From Nitrospirota bacterium (GTDB taxonomy: Bacteria; Nitrospirota; UBA9217): a DNA stretch of 64,000 nt. The stretch is taken from contig CAVVUN010000015.1 in NCBI GenBank assembly GCA_963751455.1, positions 992,001-1,056,000 on the forward strand. Direction: 5' to 3'. Position 1 is the stretch's first letter. Each line of letters opens with the position of its first letter. Under the pieces are notes generated by a model. It had not been told where the DNA came from. It saw nothing but the letters and a program-made list of their open reading frames with translations, and did no database searches. Below, one piece after another: positions 55,736-64,000 of this stretch. Made by a program: the position numbers and the translations under genes.

Positions 55736-57163
55736 ATGAGTTCAACTATTAAAGATACTCAAAAAATGATCGAAGAGGTCCTGGAGGCTTACCCGGAGAA
55801 ATCGAAGAAGGACCGGGCGAAACATCTGGCCGCCAACGATCCCACGGGCCAGTGCAGCACCTGCCAGGTGAAGTCGAACGTCAAGTCGCGTCCGGGCGTC
55901 ATGACGGTCCGCGGCTGCGCGTACGCGGGCGCCAAGGGCGTGGTCTGGGGGCCGGTGAAGGACCAGATCACGGTCAGCCACGGTCCGGTGGGCTGCGGCC
56001 AGTACTCCTGGTGGTCGCGCAGGAACTACTACAACGGCCAGACCGGCATCGACGCCTTCGGCACCATGCACATCACCACCGACTTCCAGGAAAAGGACAT
56101 TGTGTACGGCGGCGACAAGGGCCTTGATGCTGCTCTGAAAGAATTGAAAGGACTCTTCCCCCTCGGCCGCGGCATAGGCATCCTGTCCGAATGTCCCGTA
56201 GGACTCATCGGCGACGACATCGAAGCGGTCTCGAAGCGGGTAGCGAAAGAGATGGGCATTCCCATCGTGCCGGTGCGGTGCGAAGGGTTTCGGGGCGTTT
56301 CCCAGTCCCTGGGTCACCACATTGCGAACGATACGATCAGAGATTACGTTCTCGGCAAGGGTGAACTCAAGAAGTCCACTCCGTATGACGTGAACCTGAT
56401 AGGCGATTACAATATAGGCGGGGATGCCTGGGCTTCACGCAAAATACTGGAAGAGATGGGCCTTCGCGTGATCTCTCAATATACCGGCGACTCCACGATC
56501 AACGAGATCGGCATCGCGACCAAAGCAAAAATGAACCTCGTCCATTGCTATCGGTCGATGAATTATATCTGCCGGCACATGGAGGAAACTCACGGGATTC
56601 CATGGATGGAGTTCAACTTCTTCGGCCCGACAAAGATATACGACAGCATCAGGAAGATTGCTGCGAAGTTCGACCAGAAGATCCAGGAAAATGCTGAGGC
56701 CGTGATCGCGAAGTACAAGCCGCTCATGGACAAGGTGGTCGAGCAGTACCGGACGAAGCTGGAAGGCAAGAAAGTGATGCTCTATGTCGGCGGCCTCCGC
56801 CCGCGCCACACTATCGGCGCATATGAGGACCTCGGCATGGAAGTCGTTGCATCGGGTTACGAGTTCGGCCACAGCGACGATTACAAACGCACCTATCCCG
56901 AAATGAAGGAAGGCGCGGTGATCATGGACGACGCGACCTTGTATGAGCTGGAAGAGTTCACACGCAGGCTGAAACCCGACATGGTCGGCTCGGGCATCAA
57001 GGAGAAGTATTCCTACCACAAGCTCGGCGTACCGTTCCGGCAGATGCATTCCTGGGATTATTCAGGCCCGTACCACGGATTCGACGGGTTTCCGGTTTTC
57101 GCGCGGGATATGGACATGACCGTGAACAGCCCGACGTGGAATTTGATAAGAAGAAAGAAATAA
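55736..57163 (+). CDS. nifD: Nitrogenase MoFe protein alpha chain
   Basis: P-cluster Cys in GCAYAG, GCGQYS, SECP; cofactor ligands in HCYRS and QMHSWDY. Confidence 0.98.
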   Translation: MSSTIKDTQKMIEEVLEAYPEKSKKDRAKHLAANDPTGQCSTCQVKSNVKSRPGVMTVRGCAYAGAKGVVWGPVKDQITVSHGPVGCGQYSWWSRRNYYNGQTGIDAFGTMHITTDFQEKDIVYGGDKGLDAALKELKGLFPLGRGIGILSECPVGLIGDDIEAVSKRVAKEMGIPIVPVRCEGFRGVSQSLGHHIANDTIRDYVLGKGELKKSTPYDVNLIGDYNIGGDAWASRKILEEMGLRVISQYTGDSTINEIGIATKAKMNLVHCYRSMNYICRHMEETHGIPWMEFNFFGPTKIYDSIRKIAAKFDQKIQENAEAVIAKYKPLMDKVVEQYRTKLEGKKVMLYVGGLRPRHTIGAYEDLGMEVVASGYEFGHSDDYKRTYPEMKEGAVIMDDATLYELEEFTRRLKPDMVGSGIKEKYSYHKLGVPFRQMHSWDYSGPYHGFDGFPVFARDMDMTVNSPTWNLIRRKK

Positions 57164-57165
57164 TT

Positions 57166-57259
57166 TGGACGCGGATAAACGCAGATTGACGCGGATAAAC
57201 CCAAAAGAACAAAAGACCTGACTTTAAATCTGCGTTCATCTGCGAAAATCTGCGTCCCA
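57166..57259. repeat. Long imperfect inverted repeat built from ~10-nt units
   Basis: ggacgcggataaacgcagattgacgcggat ... atctgcgttcatctgcgaaaatctgcgtcc. Confidence 0.75.
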
Positions 57260-57277
57260 TAGTTTTTGGAGGATATC

Positions 57278-58783
57278 ATGAAAATCAGAGACCATAGCGA
57301 GCTGTTTAAGCAAAAAGACTACCAGGAGCAATTCGAGCGCAAGAAGGAGTTCGAAAACTGCTGGCCCGCGGAGAAGGTAAAAGAGATCTCCGAGTGGACC
57401 AAGACCGAGGAGTATAAGGAGCTGAACTTCAGCCGCCAGCACATAAAGATCAACCCGGCAAAGGCCTGCCAGCCCCTCGGCGCGGTGTTCTGCGCCTCGG
57501 GTTTCGAGGGTTCCATGCCCTTTGTGCAGGGCGCCCAGGGCTGCGTTGCCTACTTTCGAAGCCACCTGAGCCGGCACTTCAAAGAGCCTTTCGCCGCGAT
57601 ATCGACTTCGATGACCGAGGACGCCGCGGTGTTCGGCGGCCTGAACAACATGCTCGAAGGTCTGGAGAACGCCTATACGTTGTACAAGCCCAAGATGCTT
57701 GCGGTCTCGACGACCTGTATGGCGGAGGTAATCGGCGATGACCTGAACGCCTACATCAGGACCGCGCGCGAGAAGGGCGTGATCCCGCAGGACCTGCCGG
57801 TGCCGTTCGCGCACACGCCGAGCTTCGTGGGTTCCCACATCGTAGGCTATGACAACATGATGAAGGGCATCCTGGCAACGCTCTCCGCGGGCAAGAAGGG
57901 CGAGCCGAACAAGAAGATCAACATCATCCCGGGCTTCGATACCTATACCGGGAACTATCACGAGATCAAGCGGCTGATGGCGCTGATGGGCTTCGAGTTT
58001 ACGCTCCTTGCGGACGTGAGCGACACTTTTGATTCTCCGAACACGGGTGAGTACAAGCTCTACCCCGGCGGCACGCCGCTTAAGGGCGCCGCCGATGCAA
58101 TAAACGCAACAGCGACGATCGCACTCCAGAAGTATTCGATCATGAAGACCACGGATTACATCCAGAAGGAATGGGGCCAGAAGACGCTCGTGGTTTCTCC
58201 GATCGGCATCAGGAATACCGATACGTTCTTTGCTGAGCTGAGCAAGCTTATTGGCAAGCCGATCCCGGCGGAGATCGAGGCCGAGCGCGGCAGGGCAGTG
58301 GACGCCATGGTGGATTCGCACCCGTACGTTCACGGCAAGCGTTTCGCGCTTGTCGGCGACCCGGACGTGCTGCTTGGCATGATGAGCCTCATCATGGAGA
58401 TGGGCGGAGAGCCGGTGCATATCGTCTGCACCAACGGGGACAAGAACTTCGAGGCCGAGGCGAACGAGCTTCTGGCATCCAGCCCATTCGGGGCCAACGG
58501 CAAGGTCTACGCAGGAAAGGACATGTGGCACCTTCGGTCCCTCCTGTTCACCGATCCCGTGGATCTTTTGATCGGAAATTCCTATGCGAAGTTCCTCACG
58601 AGAGATACCGGGACACCGCTTATCAGAGTCGGTTTCCCGATCTTTGACCGGCACCATCTGCATAGGCATCCGATCATTGGGTACCAGGGTGTCATCAACC
58701 TGATCACGATGATGGTGAACACGGTGCTTGACGAATTGGACAGAAATACCGTGGATTCAGCGAGTTTTGATGTGATCAGGTAA
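57278..58783 (+). CDS. nifK: Nitrogenase MoFe protein beta chain
   Basis: INPAKACQPLG, QGCVAY, TTCMAEVIGDD, GFPIFDRH. Confidence 0.98.
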   Translation: MKIRDHSELFKQKDYQEQFERKKEFENCWPAEKVKEISEWTKTEEYKELNFSRQHIKINPAKACQPLGAVFCASGFEGSMPFVQGAQGCVAYFRSHLSRHFKEPFAAISTSMTEDAAVFGGLNNMLEGLENAYTLYKPKMLAVSTTCMAEVIGDDLNAYIRTAREKGVIPQDLPVPFAHTPSFVGSHIVGYDNMMKGILATLSAGKKGEPNKKINIIPGFDTYTGNYHEIKRLMALMGFEFTLLADVSDTFDSPNTGEYKLYPGGTPLKGAADAINATATIALQKYSIMKTTDYIQKEWGQKTLVVSPIGIRNTDTFFAELSKLIGKPIPAEIEAERGRAVDAMVDSHPYVHGKRFALVGDPDVLLGMMSLIMEMGGEPVHIVCTNGDKNFEAEANELLASSPFGANGKVYAGKDMWHLRSLLFTDPVDLLIGNSYAKFLTRDTGTPLIRVGFPIFDRHHLHRHPIIGYQGVINLITMMVNTVLDELDRNTVDSASFDVIR

Positions 58784-58788
58784 ATACG

Positions 58789-58870
58789 CCCCTCACCACA
58801 GCCCTCTCCCCAGAGGGTAGAGGGTGCTGAAAAATTCCTCTCCCCAAGGGGAGAGGATTAAGGTGAGGGG
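58789..58870. repeat. Element B, CCCCTCACC...CCCTCTCCC...GGAGAGG...GGTGAGGGG composite palindrome
   Basis: Terminal inverted arms; related copy at 61336-61420, weaker relatives near 52706-52772 and 54455-54493. Confidence 0.8.
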
Positions 58871-58893
58871 TGCAGTTGTCAAGTTGATTACTT

Positions 58894-59646
58894 ATGATAA
58901 GCGTTATGCATGATATCGCTGTTACAGGCATATATTTCTTTCTGATCGCGCTTCTGTATTCAACGGTCGGGCACGCGGGAGCTTCAGGCTATCTGGCGAC
59001 CATGGCGCTGCTTTCGTTTCCGCCGGCGGTCATGAAGCCGACAGCCCTTGCACTGAATATCATCGTGGCTTTGATCACGACTGTCCGTTTCTACACAGCA
59101 GGTCATTTTTCATGGCGGCTCTTCTGGCCCTTTGCCCTGGCGTCGGTGCCCCTGGCGTTTCTCGGCGGCGGACTGACGGTTCATACGGCGATATACAAAA
59201 TACTCGTGGGCTTTGCCCTCATTTTTGCAGCGGCTCATCTGATCCTTCGAACCAAAGTCGCTTCAGTTGGACCTGAAAAGATCGGCGACCCCGCAGTTCC
59301 CGTATCCATGCTGACGGGAGGCGTTATCGGTTTTGTTTCAGGTATCACCGGGGTCGGCGGCGGCATTTTCCTGAGTCCTGTTCTGATTATGTTGAATTGG
59401 GCGGGACTGAGAAGAGCTGCTGCTGTTGCCGCGGCATTTATTCTCCTCAATTCGATGTCGGGCCTGGCAGGCTATGTTCATAAAGGAGGAGCGTTCCCGG
59501 AGAACATTGCTCTATGGGCTGTTGCCGTAGTTTCCGGCGGATTCATCGGTTCCTCTTTAGGGGCAACAAGGCTCAACAGCCCGGTTTTAAGATTGCTGCT
59601 TGGCGTTGCCCTGATGATGGCAGGGATGAAACTGGTGATGATCTGA
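58894..59646 (+). CDS. TauE/SafE (TSUP) family transporter
   Basis: VGHAGASGY, GITGVGGGIFLSP; multiple TM segments. Confidence 0.85.
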   Translation: MISVMHDIAVTGIYFFLIALLYSTVGHAGASGYLATMALLSFPPAVMKPTALALNIIVALITTVRFYTAGHFSWRLFWPFALASVPLAFLGGGLTVHTAIYKILVGFALIFAAAHLILRTKVASVGPEKIGDPAVPVSMLTGGVIGFVSGITGVGGGIFLSPVLIMLNWAGLRRAAAVAAAFILLNSMSGLAGYVHKGGAFPENIALWAVAVVSGGFIGSSLGATRLNSPVLRLLLGVALMMAGMKLVMI

Positions 59647-59756
59647 AATGGAAGGCCAAGTTTTGATGTAATCGTGTGAGTGAACAAAAAGCAGCCCACT
59701 ATAAACTGCATTAAAAAGTAACAACATAGCGTGGCTTGTACGCCATAACAAACGAC

Positions 59757-59826
59757 TGTAGGGCAAGGCTTTAGCCTTGCTAAAAAAACACCTGAAAAGC
59801 GCGCAACCCTAAAGGGTTGCCCTACA
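59757..59826. repeat. REP doublet, reverse complement of 49750-49831
   Basis: TGTAGGGCAAGGCTTTAGCCTTGC...GCGCAACCCTAAAGGGTTGCCCTACA. Confidence 0.85.
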
Positions 59827-59942
59827 AGAAAAGAATCGGCATCAATACTATTTTGAGCTGGTTTAAGTCACGAAGCCACTAAAAAAACTTTGGGCCTTGG
59901 TGTCCTTGTGGCAGGTATTGTTTTACAAATGTGGAGTTCAAG

Positions 59943-62897
59943 ATGGTTACCGCAATCGACAAATTGACGAAGGATGGTTGTTCCGCGGAAGACAAAGCGA
60001 AAGTGTGTCGCTCCCGGGGCGGAGAATCCTGCGCGTTTGACGGGGCGATGATCGTTCTTCAACCAATCGCCGACACCGCCCATATTGTGCACGGCCCGAT
60101 TGCCTGCTGCGGTAATTCATGGGAAGGCAGGGGAACAAAATCGCGGGTAAAGGCGTATGGACTTGGGCGAGCTCAGCCGAGCCGCAATACGCCCGTACAA
60201 AACGGTTATATGCCCCTGCATCAAATGGGCTTCACGACGGATATGGCCGAGATCGACATCATCTATGGCTCGGAGGAGAAGCTCCTGAAGGCCATCCACC
60301 GGACATATCAGGCCGTACAACCGAAGGCCATCTTCGTATATTCGACCTGTGTAAGCGGGCTTACGGGCGAAGACATCGATGCCGTGTGCAAACGCGCGGA
60401 AGATGAGCTCGACGTCCGGGTGATTCCCGTGAATGCACCGGGCTTTGTAGGGCCGAAGAACCTGGGGAACCGTATCGCCGGCGAGGTTCTGCTCGAACAT
60501 GTTATCGGCACGGCAGAGCCGCCGATCATGACCCATTATGATATTAATCTCATCGGCGAATACAACATTGCGGGCGATCTCTGGCTCGTAGAGCCGCTCC
60601 TTGCAAAAGCAGGCATCAGGATACTTTCCAGGCTCACCGGAGATTCGACCTTCGAGGAAATCACGTGGGCCCACCGCGCGAAGTTGAACGTGGTTGTCTG
60701 CGGCCGCGCCCTCATCAACGTTGCTCGGGAGATGGAGAGAAAATATCAAGTTCCTTATATCGAGGCTTCCTTCTTCGGCAATACGGAAATTGCAAAGGCT
60801 TTGCGGATGATCGCCGAGAAGCTCCGGAAGACAGAAGTCAGTGGACAGAAGTCAGACGAAAACAGCGGGATACAGGAACTTGTCACGAAACTGGTCAGGA
60901 CCGAGGAAAGGCAACTAAAACTCCAGCTTAAATCGTACAAGCATTTACGCGGCAAGAAGGCGATGCTTTATACCGGCGGGGTGAAGAGCTGGTCCTTCAT
61001 CTCTGCGTTACGAGATCTGGGAATCGACGTTGTGGCAATCGGCACGAAAAAGAGCACGGTCGAGGACGAAGAGAAAATGAAGATGATCCTCGGGCCTGAC
61101 GCGCCGCTGGTCGAGGACGTAACGCCGAAGAACCTGCTCAAACTGCTGAAGGAACGTCAAGCGGACATGCTCATTGCCGGGGGGCGTAACCAGTACCTCG
61201 CGGTCAAAGAGGGCTATCCTTTCGTGGATGTGAACCAGGAGCGGCACACAGCCTATGCGGGATATCAGGGCCTCGTCAACCTTGCCGAACAGATCAGCAA
61301 CAGCCTTCGCTTTTACAATGCGAAATGCGGAGTTGCCCCTCACCCCGGCCCTCTCCCCAGAGTGGAGAGGGGGAATGCAAAGACTCCTCACCCCGAGGGG
61401 GAGAGGACAAAGGTGAGGGGGAATCTGAAATCCGAAATTCTGATCAATCCCCTCAAACATTCTCCCTCCATCGGGGCGGCCATGGCCCTCCAGGGGATAG
61501 ACGGGGCCCTCCCGCTTATCCATGGCGCGCAGGGCTGCACCTTTCTCGGCAAGGTGCTCCTGACCAGGCATTTCAGGGAGCCGATCGCGCTCGCATCGAG
61601 CAAGCTCTTTGTCGAGGACGTGGTCATGGGAAGCGAGGAAAAGTTATTGAAAGCCGTTGAAGGGTTCGTCGAGAAGAGCAAACCCGGTATCCTTGGTATT
61701 CTCACCTCGGGGCTTTCAGAGGTAAAGGGAGATGATGTAAAGGCAGTAATCAGGAGACTTGCACCCAGCGGTTACGACTGCTTACGCGAGCCTGCACCCG
61801 GCGACTTCGAGTGCGGCAGCGCGAGAGTGGGGTGTGCAGGGTGTCGGGAGTCGGGAGTCGGAAAACCATTAAGAACGCAGATAATCCATGTTGCGACGCC
61901 TGACTATGACGGAGGGCTGGAGGCCGGCTATGCGAGGGCGGTGGAGGCGGTAATTCAAATTGTGGATTTCACCCTGCACTCGCGCTACGCACTCGTGGGC
62001 GCGGGTGTAAACGGATTGCGGATTGCGGAATCGAGTCAAAACCAGCCTGATGTAATAAGAATAAATCTGCTGGTGGGGCCGCATCTCACGCCTGCCGATG
62101 TTTCCGAATTACGGGAAATCGTCGAATCCTTCGGCATGCGACCGGTCATCCTCCCGGACCTGTCCGCTCTCGATGGAAGCAGGCAGAGTTTTTCTCCTCT
62201 CGCAGCAGGAGGAACGACCCTGGAGGATGTCAGGAGTATGGCCGGTTCGGACTACACCATAGTCTTTGGTGTGAGCATGGAACCTGCGGCGAAGCTCTTG
62301 AGTCGGAAATCCGGCATAGAGTACCAGGTATTCGAGAGCGCAGCCGGTATTGCAGCCACGGACGCATTTATGCAAACGCTTAGCAAAATCAGCGGCACGC
62401 CGATCCCCCGGAAGTATGAACGCCAGAAGCAGGTCCTGATAGACGCCATGCGGGACGCTCATTTTTATTTTGGAGGAACGAAGATATGCATTGCCGTGGA
62501 CCCGGATCTTGCGGTCCAGATCTCTCATGTGCTCGATGAAATGAGCGCCTCAGTTGATCTTGCCGTGATACCGGCCTTATCCGAGGCAGCGGACAGAATC
62601 AGGGCGCGGGACGTGCGTATCAGCGATCTCTTCTCTATCGAGGGCGCATTCGACCTCCTCGTCTCCAACTCGCACGGTGAAAGCACGGCAAAACGGCTCG
62701 GGGTTCCGCTTTATGAAATGGGGTTTCCGGTGTACAAGACGTTCGGTTATACATCAAAAGTGACGATCGGATACCGGGGAACTCTGATGATAATAAGCGA
62801 GATCGCAAGTTTACTGATGAAAAAGCAGACAACTGAGCGTGAGGAGGGACCGGATGAAAATCGCTTTTGCAACGACCGACGGAAAAAACGTAAATGA
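59943..62897 (+). CDS. nifEN: Fused FeMo-cofactor scaffold NifE-NifN with in-frame repeat-derived insertions
   Basis: NifE motifs CAFDGA, HGPIAC, STCV, YTGGVKSWS, DVNQER; NifN motifs INPLKHS, HGAQGC, RHFREPI, GFPV, IGYRG in one ORF. Confidence 0.93.
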   Translation: MVTAIDKLTKDGCSAEDKAKVCRSRGGESCAFDGAMIVLQPIADTAHIVHGPIACCGNSWEGRGTKSRVKAYGLGRAQPSRNTPVQNGYMPLHQMGFTTDMAEIDIIYGSEEKLLKAIHRTYQAVQPKAIFVYSTCVSGLTGEDIDAVCKRAEDELDVRVIPVNAPGFVGPKNLGNRIAGEVLLEHVIGTAEPPIMTHYDINLIGEYNIAGDLWLVEPLLAKAGIRILSRLTGDSTFEEITWAHRAKLNVVVCGRALINVAREMERKYQVPYIEASFFGNTEIAKALRMIAEKLRKTEVSGQKSDENSGIQELVTKLVRTEERQLKLQLKSYKHLRGKKAMLYTGGVKSWSFISALRDLGIDVVAIGTKKSTVEDEEKMKMILGPDAPLVEDVTPKNLLKLLKERQADMLIAGGRNQYLAVKEGYPFVDVNQERHTAYAGYQGLVNLAEQISNSLRFYNAKCGVAPHPGPLPRVERGNAKTPHPEGERTKVRGNLKSEILINPLKHSPSIGAAMALQGIDGALPLIHGAQGCTFLGKVLLTRHFREPIALASSKLFVEDVVMGSEEKLLKAVEGFVEKSKPGILGILTSGLSEVKGDDVKAVIRRLAPSGYDCLREPAPGDFECGSARVGCAGCRESGVGKPLRTQIIHVATPDYDGGLEAGYARAVEAVIQIVDFTLHSRYALVGAGVNGLRIAESSQNQPDVIRINLLVGPHLTPADVSELREIVESFGMRPVILPDLSALDGSRQSFSPLAAGGTTLEDVRSMAGSDYTIVFGVSMEPAAKLLSRKSGIEYQVFESAAGIAATDAFMQTLSKISGTPIPRKYERQKQVLIDAMRDAHFYFGGTKICIAVDPDLAVQISHVLDEMSASVDLAVIPALSEAADRIRARDVRISDLFSIEGAFDLLVSNSHGESTAKRLGVPLYEMGFPVYKTFGYTSKVTIGYRGTLMIISEIASLLMKKQTTEREEGPDENRFCNDRRKKRK

Positions 62898-63249
62898 ACA
62901 CTTCGGGAGAGCAGGGATGTTCGCAGTATATGAAATCTCGAAAGGCAGATGCAATTTTCTCGAAATGAGGAAGTTCTCTGACGGCATGGACAGGACTGTT
63001 GTGGACACGAAAGACATGGGACCCCTGCATGACGATGCCGTTCAAAGCAAGGTAGATCGACTTGCCGATTGCAAACTGATCTATGTGACGGAGCTTGGTG
63101 GGCCATCCGCTGCCCGGCTGGTAAAAAAGGGGATTATGCCTATGAAGGTAAAAGAACCTGTCTCGATTGATGGCGCGCTCAAATTGTTAGGAGAGACGAT
63201 CACGAAGTCGCCCCCGCCATGGCTCAGGAAGGCTTTAACGAATCTGTAG
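62854..63249 (+). CDS. nifX: NifX cofactor carrier
   Basis: MKIAFAT..G..VNEHFG, GGPSAARLV, PPPWLRKA. Confidence 0.92.
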   Translation: MKIAFATTDGKNVNEHFGRAGMFAVYEISKGRCNFLEMRKFSDGMDRTVVDTKDMGPLHDDAVQSKVDRLADCKLIYVTELGGPSAARLVKKGIMPMKVKEPVSIDGALKLLGETITKSPPPWLRKALTNL

Positions 63250-63323
63250 CCGCACCCTTCAGGGTGCGTATGAAAGCGCAGGCTGAAGCGACTCGACTGA
63301 GCTCGCCGAAGTCCTGCGGCTAC
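63245..63323. repeat. REP doublet with a nested 24-bp element (63290-63313)
   Basis: GTAGCCGCACCCTTCAGGGTGCG...GCAGGCTGAAGC[24 bp]CTGCGGCTAC. Confidence 0.8.
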
Positions 63324-63349
63324 CAATCAAAATCAGGAGGTAACAATAA

Positions 63350-63667
63350 ATGAAGATGATAAGAGCATTTATTCGACCGGAAAAAGAGCAGGAAGTGGTG
63401 CTTGCGCTCGAGGGAGCAGGGTTCCCATCGCTGACCAAGATGCCCGTATTCGGCCGCGGGAAACAGAAGGGACTCACCATAGGGCCGGTCCATTATGACG
63501 AGTTGCCGAAAACGCTGATCATGACCGTGGTGGACGATCAGGACGAAAGCAAGGTGCTCAAGATCATCCAGGACAAGGCACGCACAGGGTTCATCGGAGA
63601 CGGCAAGGTATTTGTAAGCCCGGTGGACCAGGCGTATACGGTCAGGACCGGCGAGGTGGGTCTATAA
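63350..63667 (+). CDS. nifI1: P-II family nitrogenase regulator NifI1
   Basis: MKMIRAFIRPEK, GRGKQKG, YDELPK, GDGKVFV, VRTGE. Confidence 0.85.
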   Translation: MKMIRAFIRPEKEQEVVLALEGAGFPSLTKMPVFGRGKQKGLTIGPVHYDELPKTLIMTVVDDQDESKVLKIIQDKARTGFIGDGKVFVSPVDQAYTVRTGEVGL

Positions 63668-63671
63668 TTTT

Positions 63672-63778
63672 GCCACAGAGATCACAGAGATCACAGAGAA
63701 AAAAAATGATATGAGTATTAGGTTGATCATTCTTCAGGTTTTCGGGGTCCTCTCGGTGACCTCAGTGTCCTCTGTGGC
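63672..63778. repeat. Imperfect inverted repeat of 9-nt units (CACAGAGAT)
   Basis: gccacagagatcacagagatcacagag ... ctcggtgacctcagtgtcctctgtggc. Confidence 0.75.
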
Positions 63779-63802
63779 TATTAATCTGGAGGTTTCACAG
63801 CC

Positions 63803-64000
63803 ATGAAGGAAATTACAGCTATAATCCGCCGGGACAAGCTCCCGGAAACGAAAAAGGCGCTGGATGACCTTGGTTTTCCGTCGCTTACGATACAGAGCGT
63901 TGACGGACGGGGCAAGCAGAAGGGCGCGATGTGCGCCGAGATGGACTCGGAAATGCCGGACAGTTATTGCACCGCGGTCAAGCTGAAGCCGACGCCGTCC
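63803..64000 (+). CDS. nifI2: P-II family regulator NifI2 (3' truncated by window)
   Basis: MKEITAIIRRDK...GFPSLT...GRGKQKG after GGAGG. Confidence 0.8.
   Translation, partial: MKEITAIIRRDKLPETKKALDDLGFPSLTIQSVDGRGKQKGAMCAEMDSEMPDSYCTAVKLKPTPS

Noticed and set aside
57236-58669. 477-aa antisense ORF opposite nifK, and other long antisense ORFs
   Set aside because: Shadow ORFs from codon bias in conserved genes; no recognisable motifs
61759-61862. Intein or new Fe-S motif in the Cys-rich NifN insert
   Set aside because: Too short, lacks intein terminal motifs, and the Cys codons come from nested repeat DNA

Overview
Bacterial chromosomal window; gene content and protein style suggest an anaerobic Nitrospirota or deltaproteobacteria-like organism (inference, no database search). 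1-20.4 kb: end of rpoC and the str-S10-spc-alpha ribosomal superoperon, with no adk. 20.5-54.5 kb: accessory and housekeeping genes, including a histidine kinase, a heme-c pseudokinase and an HD-GYP regulator; a porin; folD and a cyclodeaminase; CIRCE-controlled hsp20 genes; a PgaC/PgaA-like pair; rtcA; a radical SAM gene; an MFS transporter; an atypical transketolase beside a form IV RuBisCO-like protein; and a c-di-GMP cluster. 54.6-64 kb: a sigma54-driven Mo-nitrogenase cluster (nifH, D, K, TauE/SafE, fused nifEN, nifX, nifI1, nifI2). Several genes, including essential fusA, carry 1-bp indels that are probably sequencing errors. Three observations stand out. (1) Tiny palindromic elements insert into one another and sit in-frame at five places in nifEN. 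(2) A transketolase lacking the histidines that bind the donor C1-OH lies next to an RLP resembling the methylthioribulose-phosphate isomerase type. (3) A heme-c histidine pseudokinase sits in tandem with an intact paralog.
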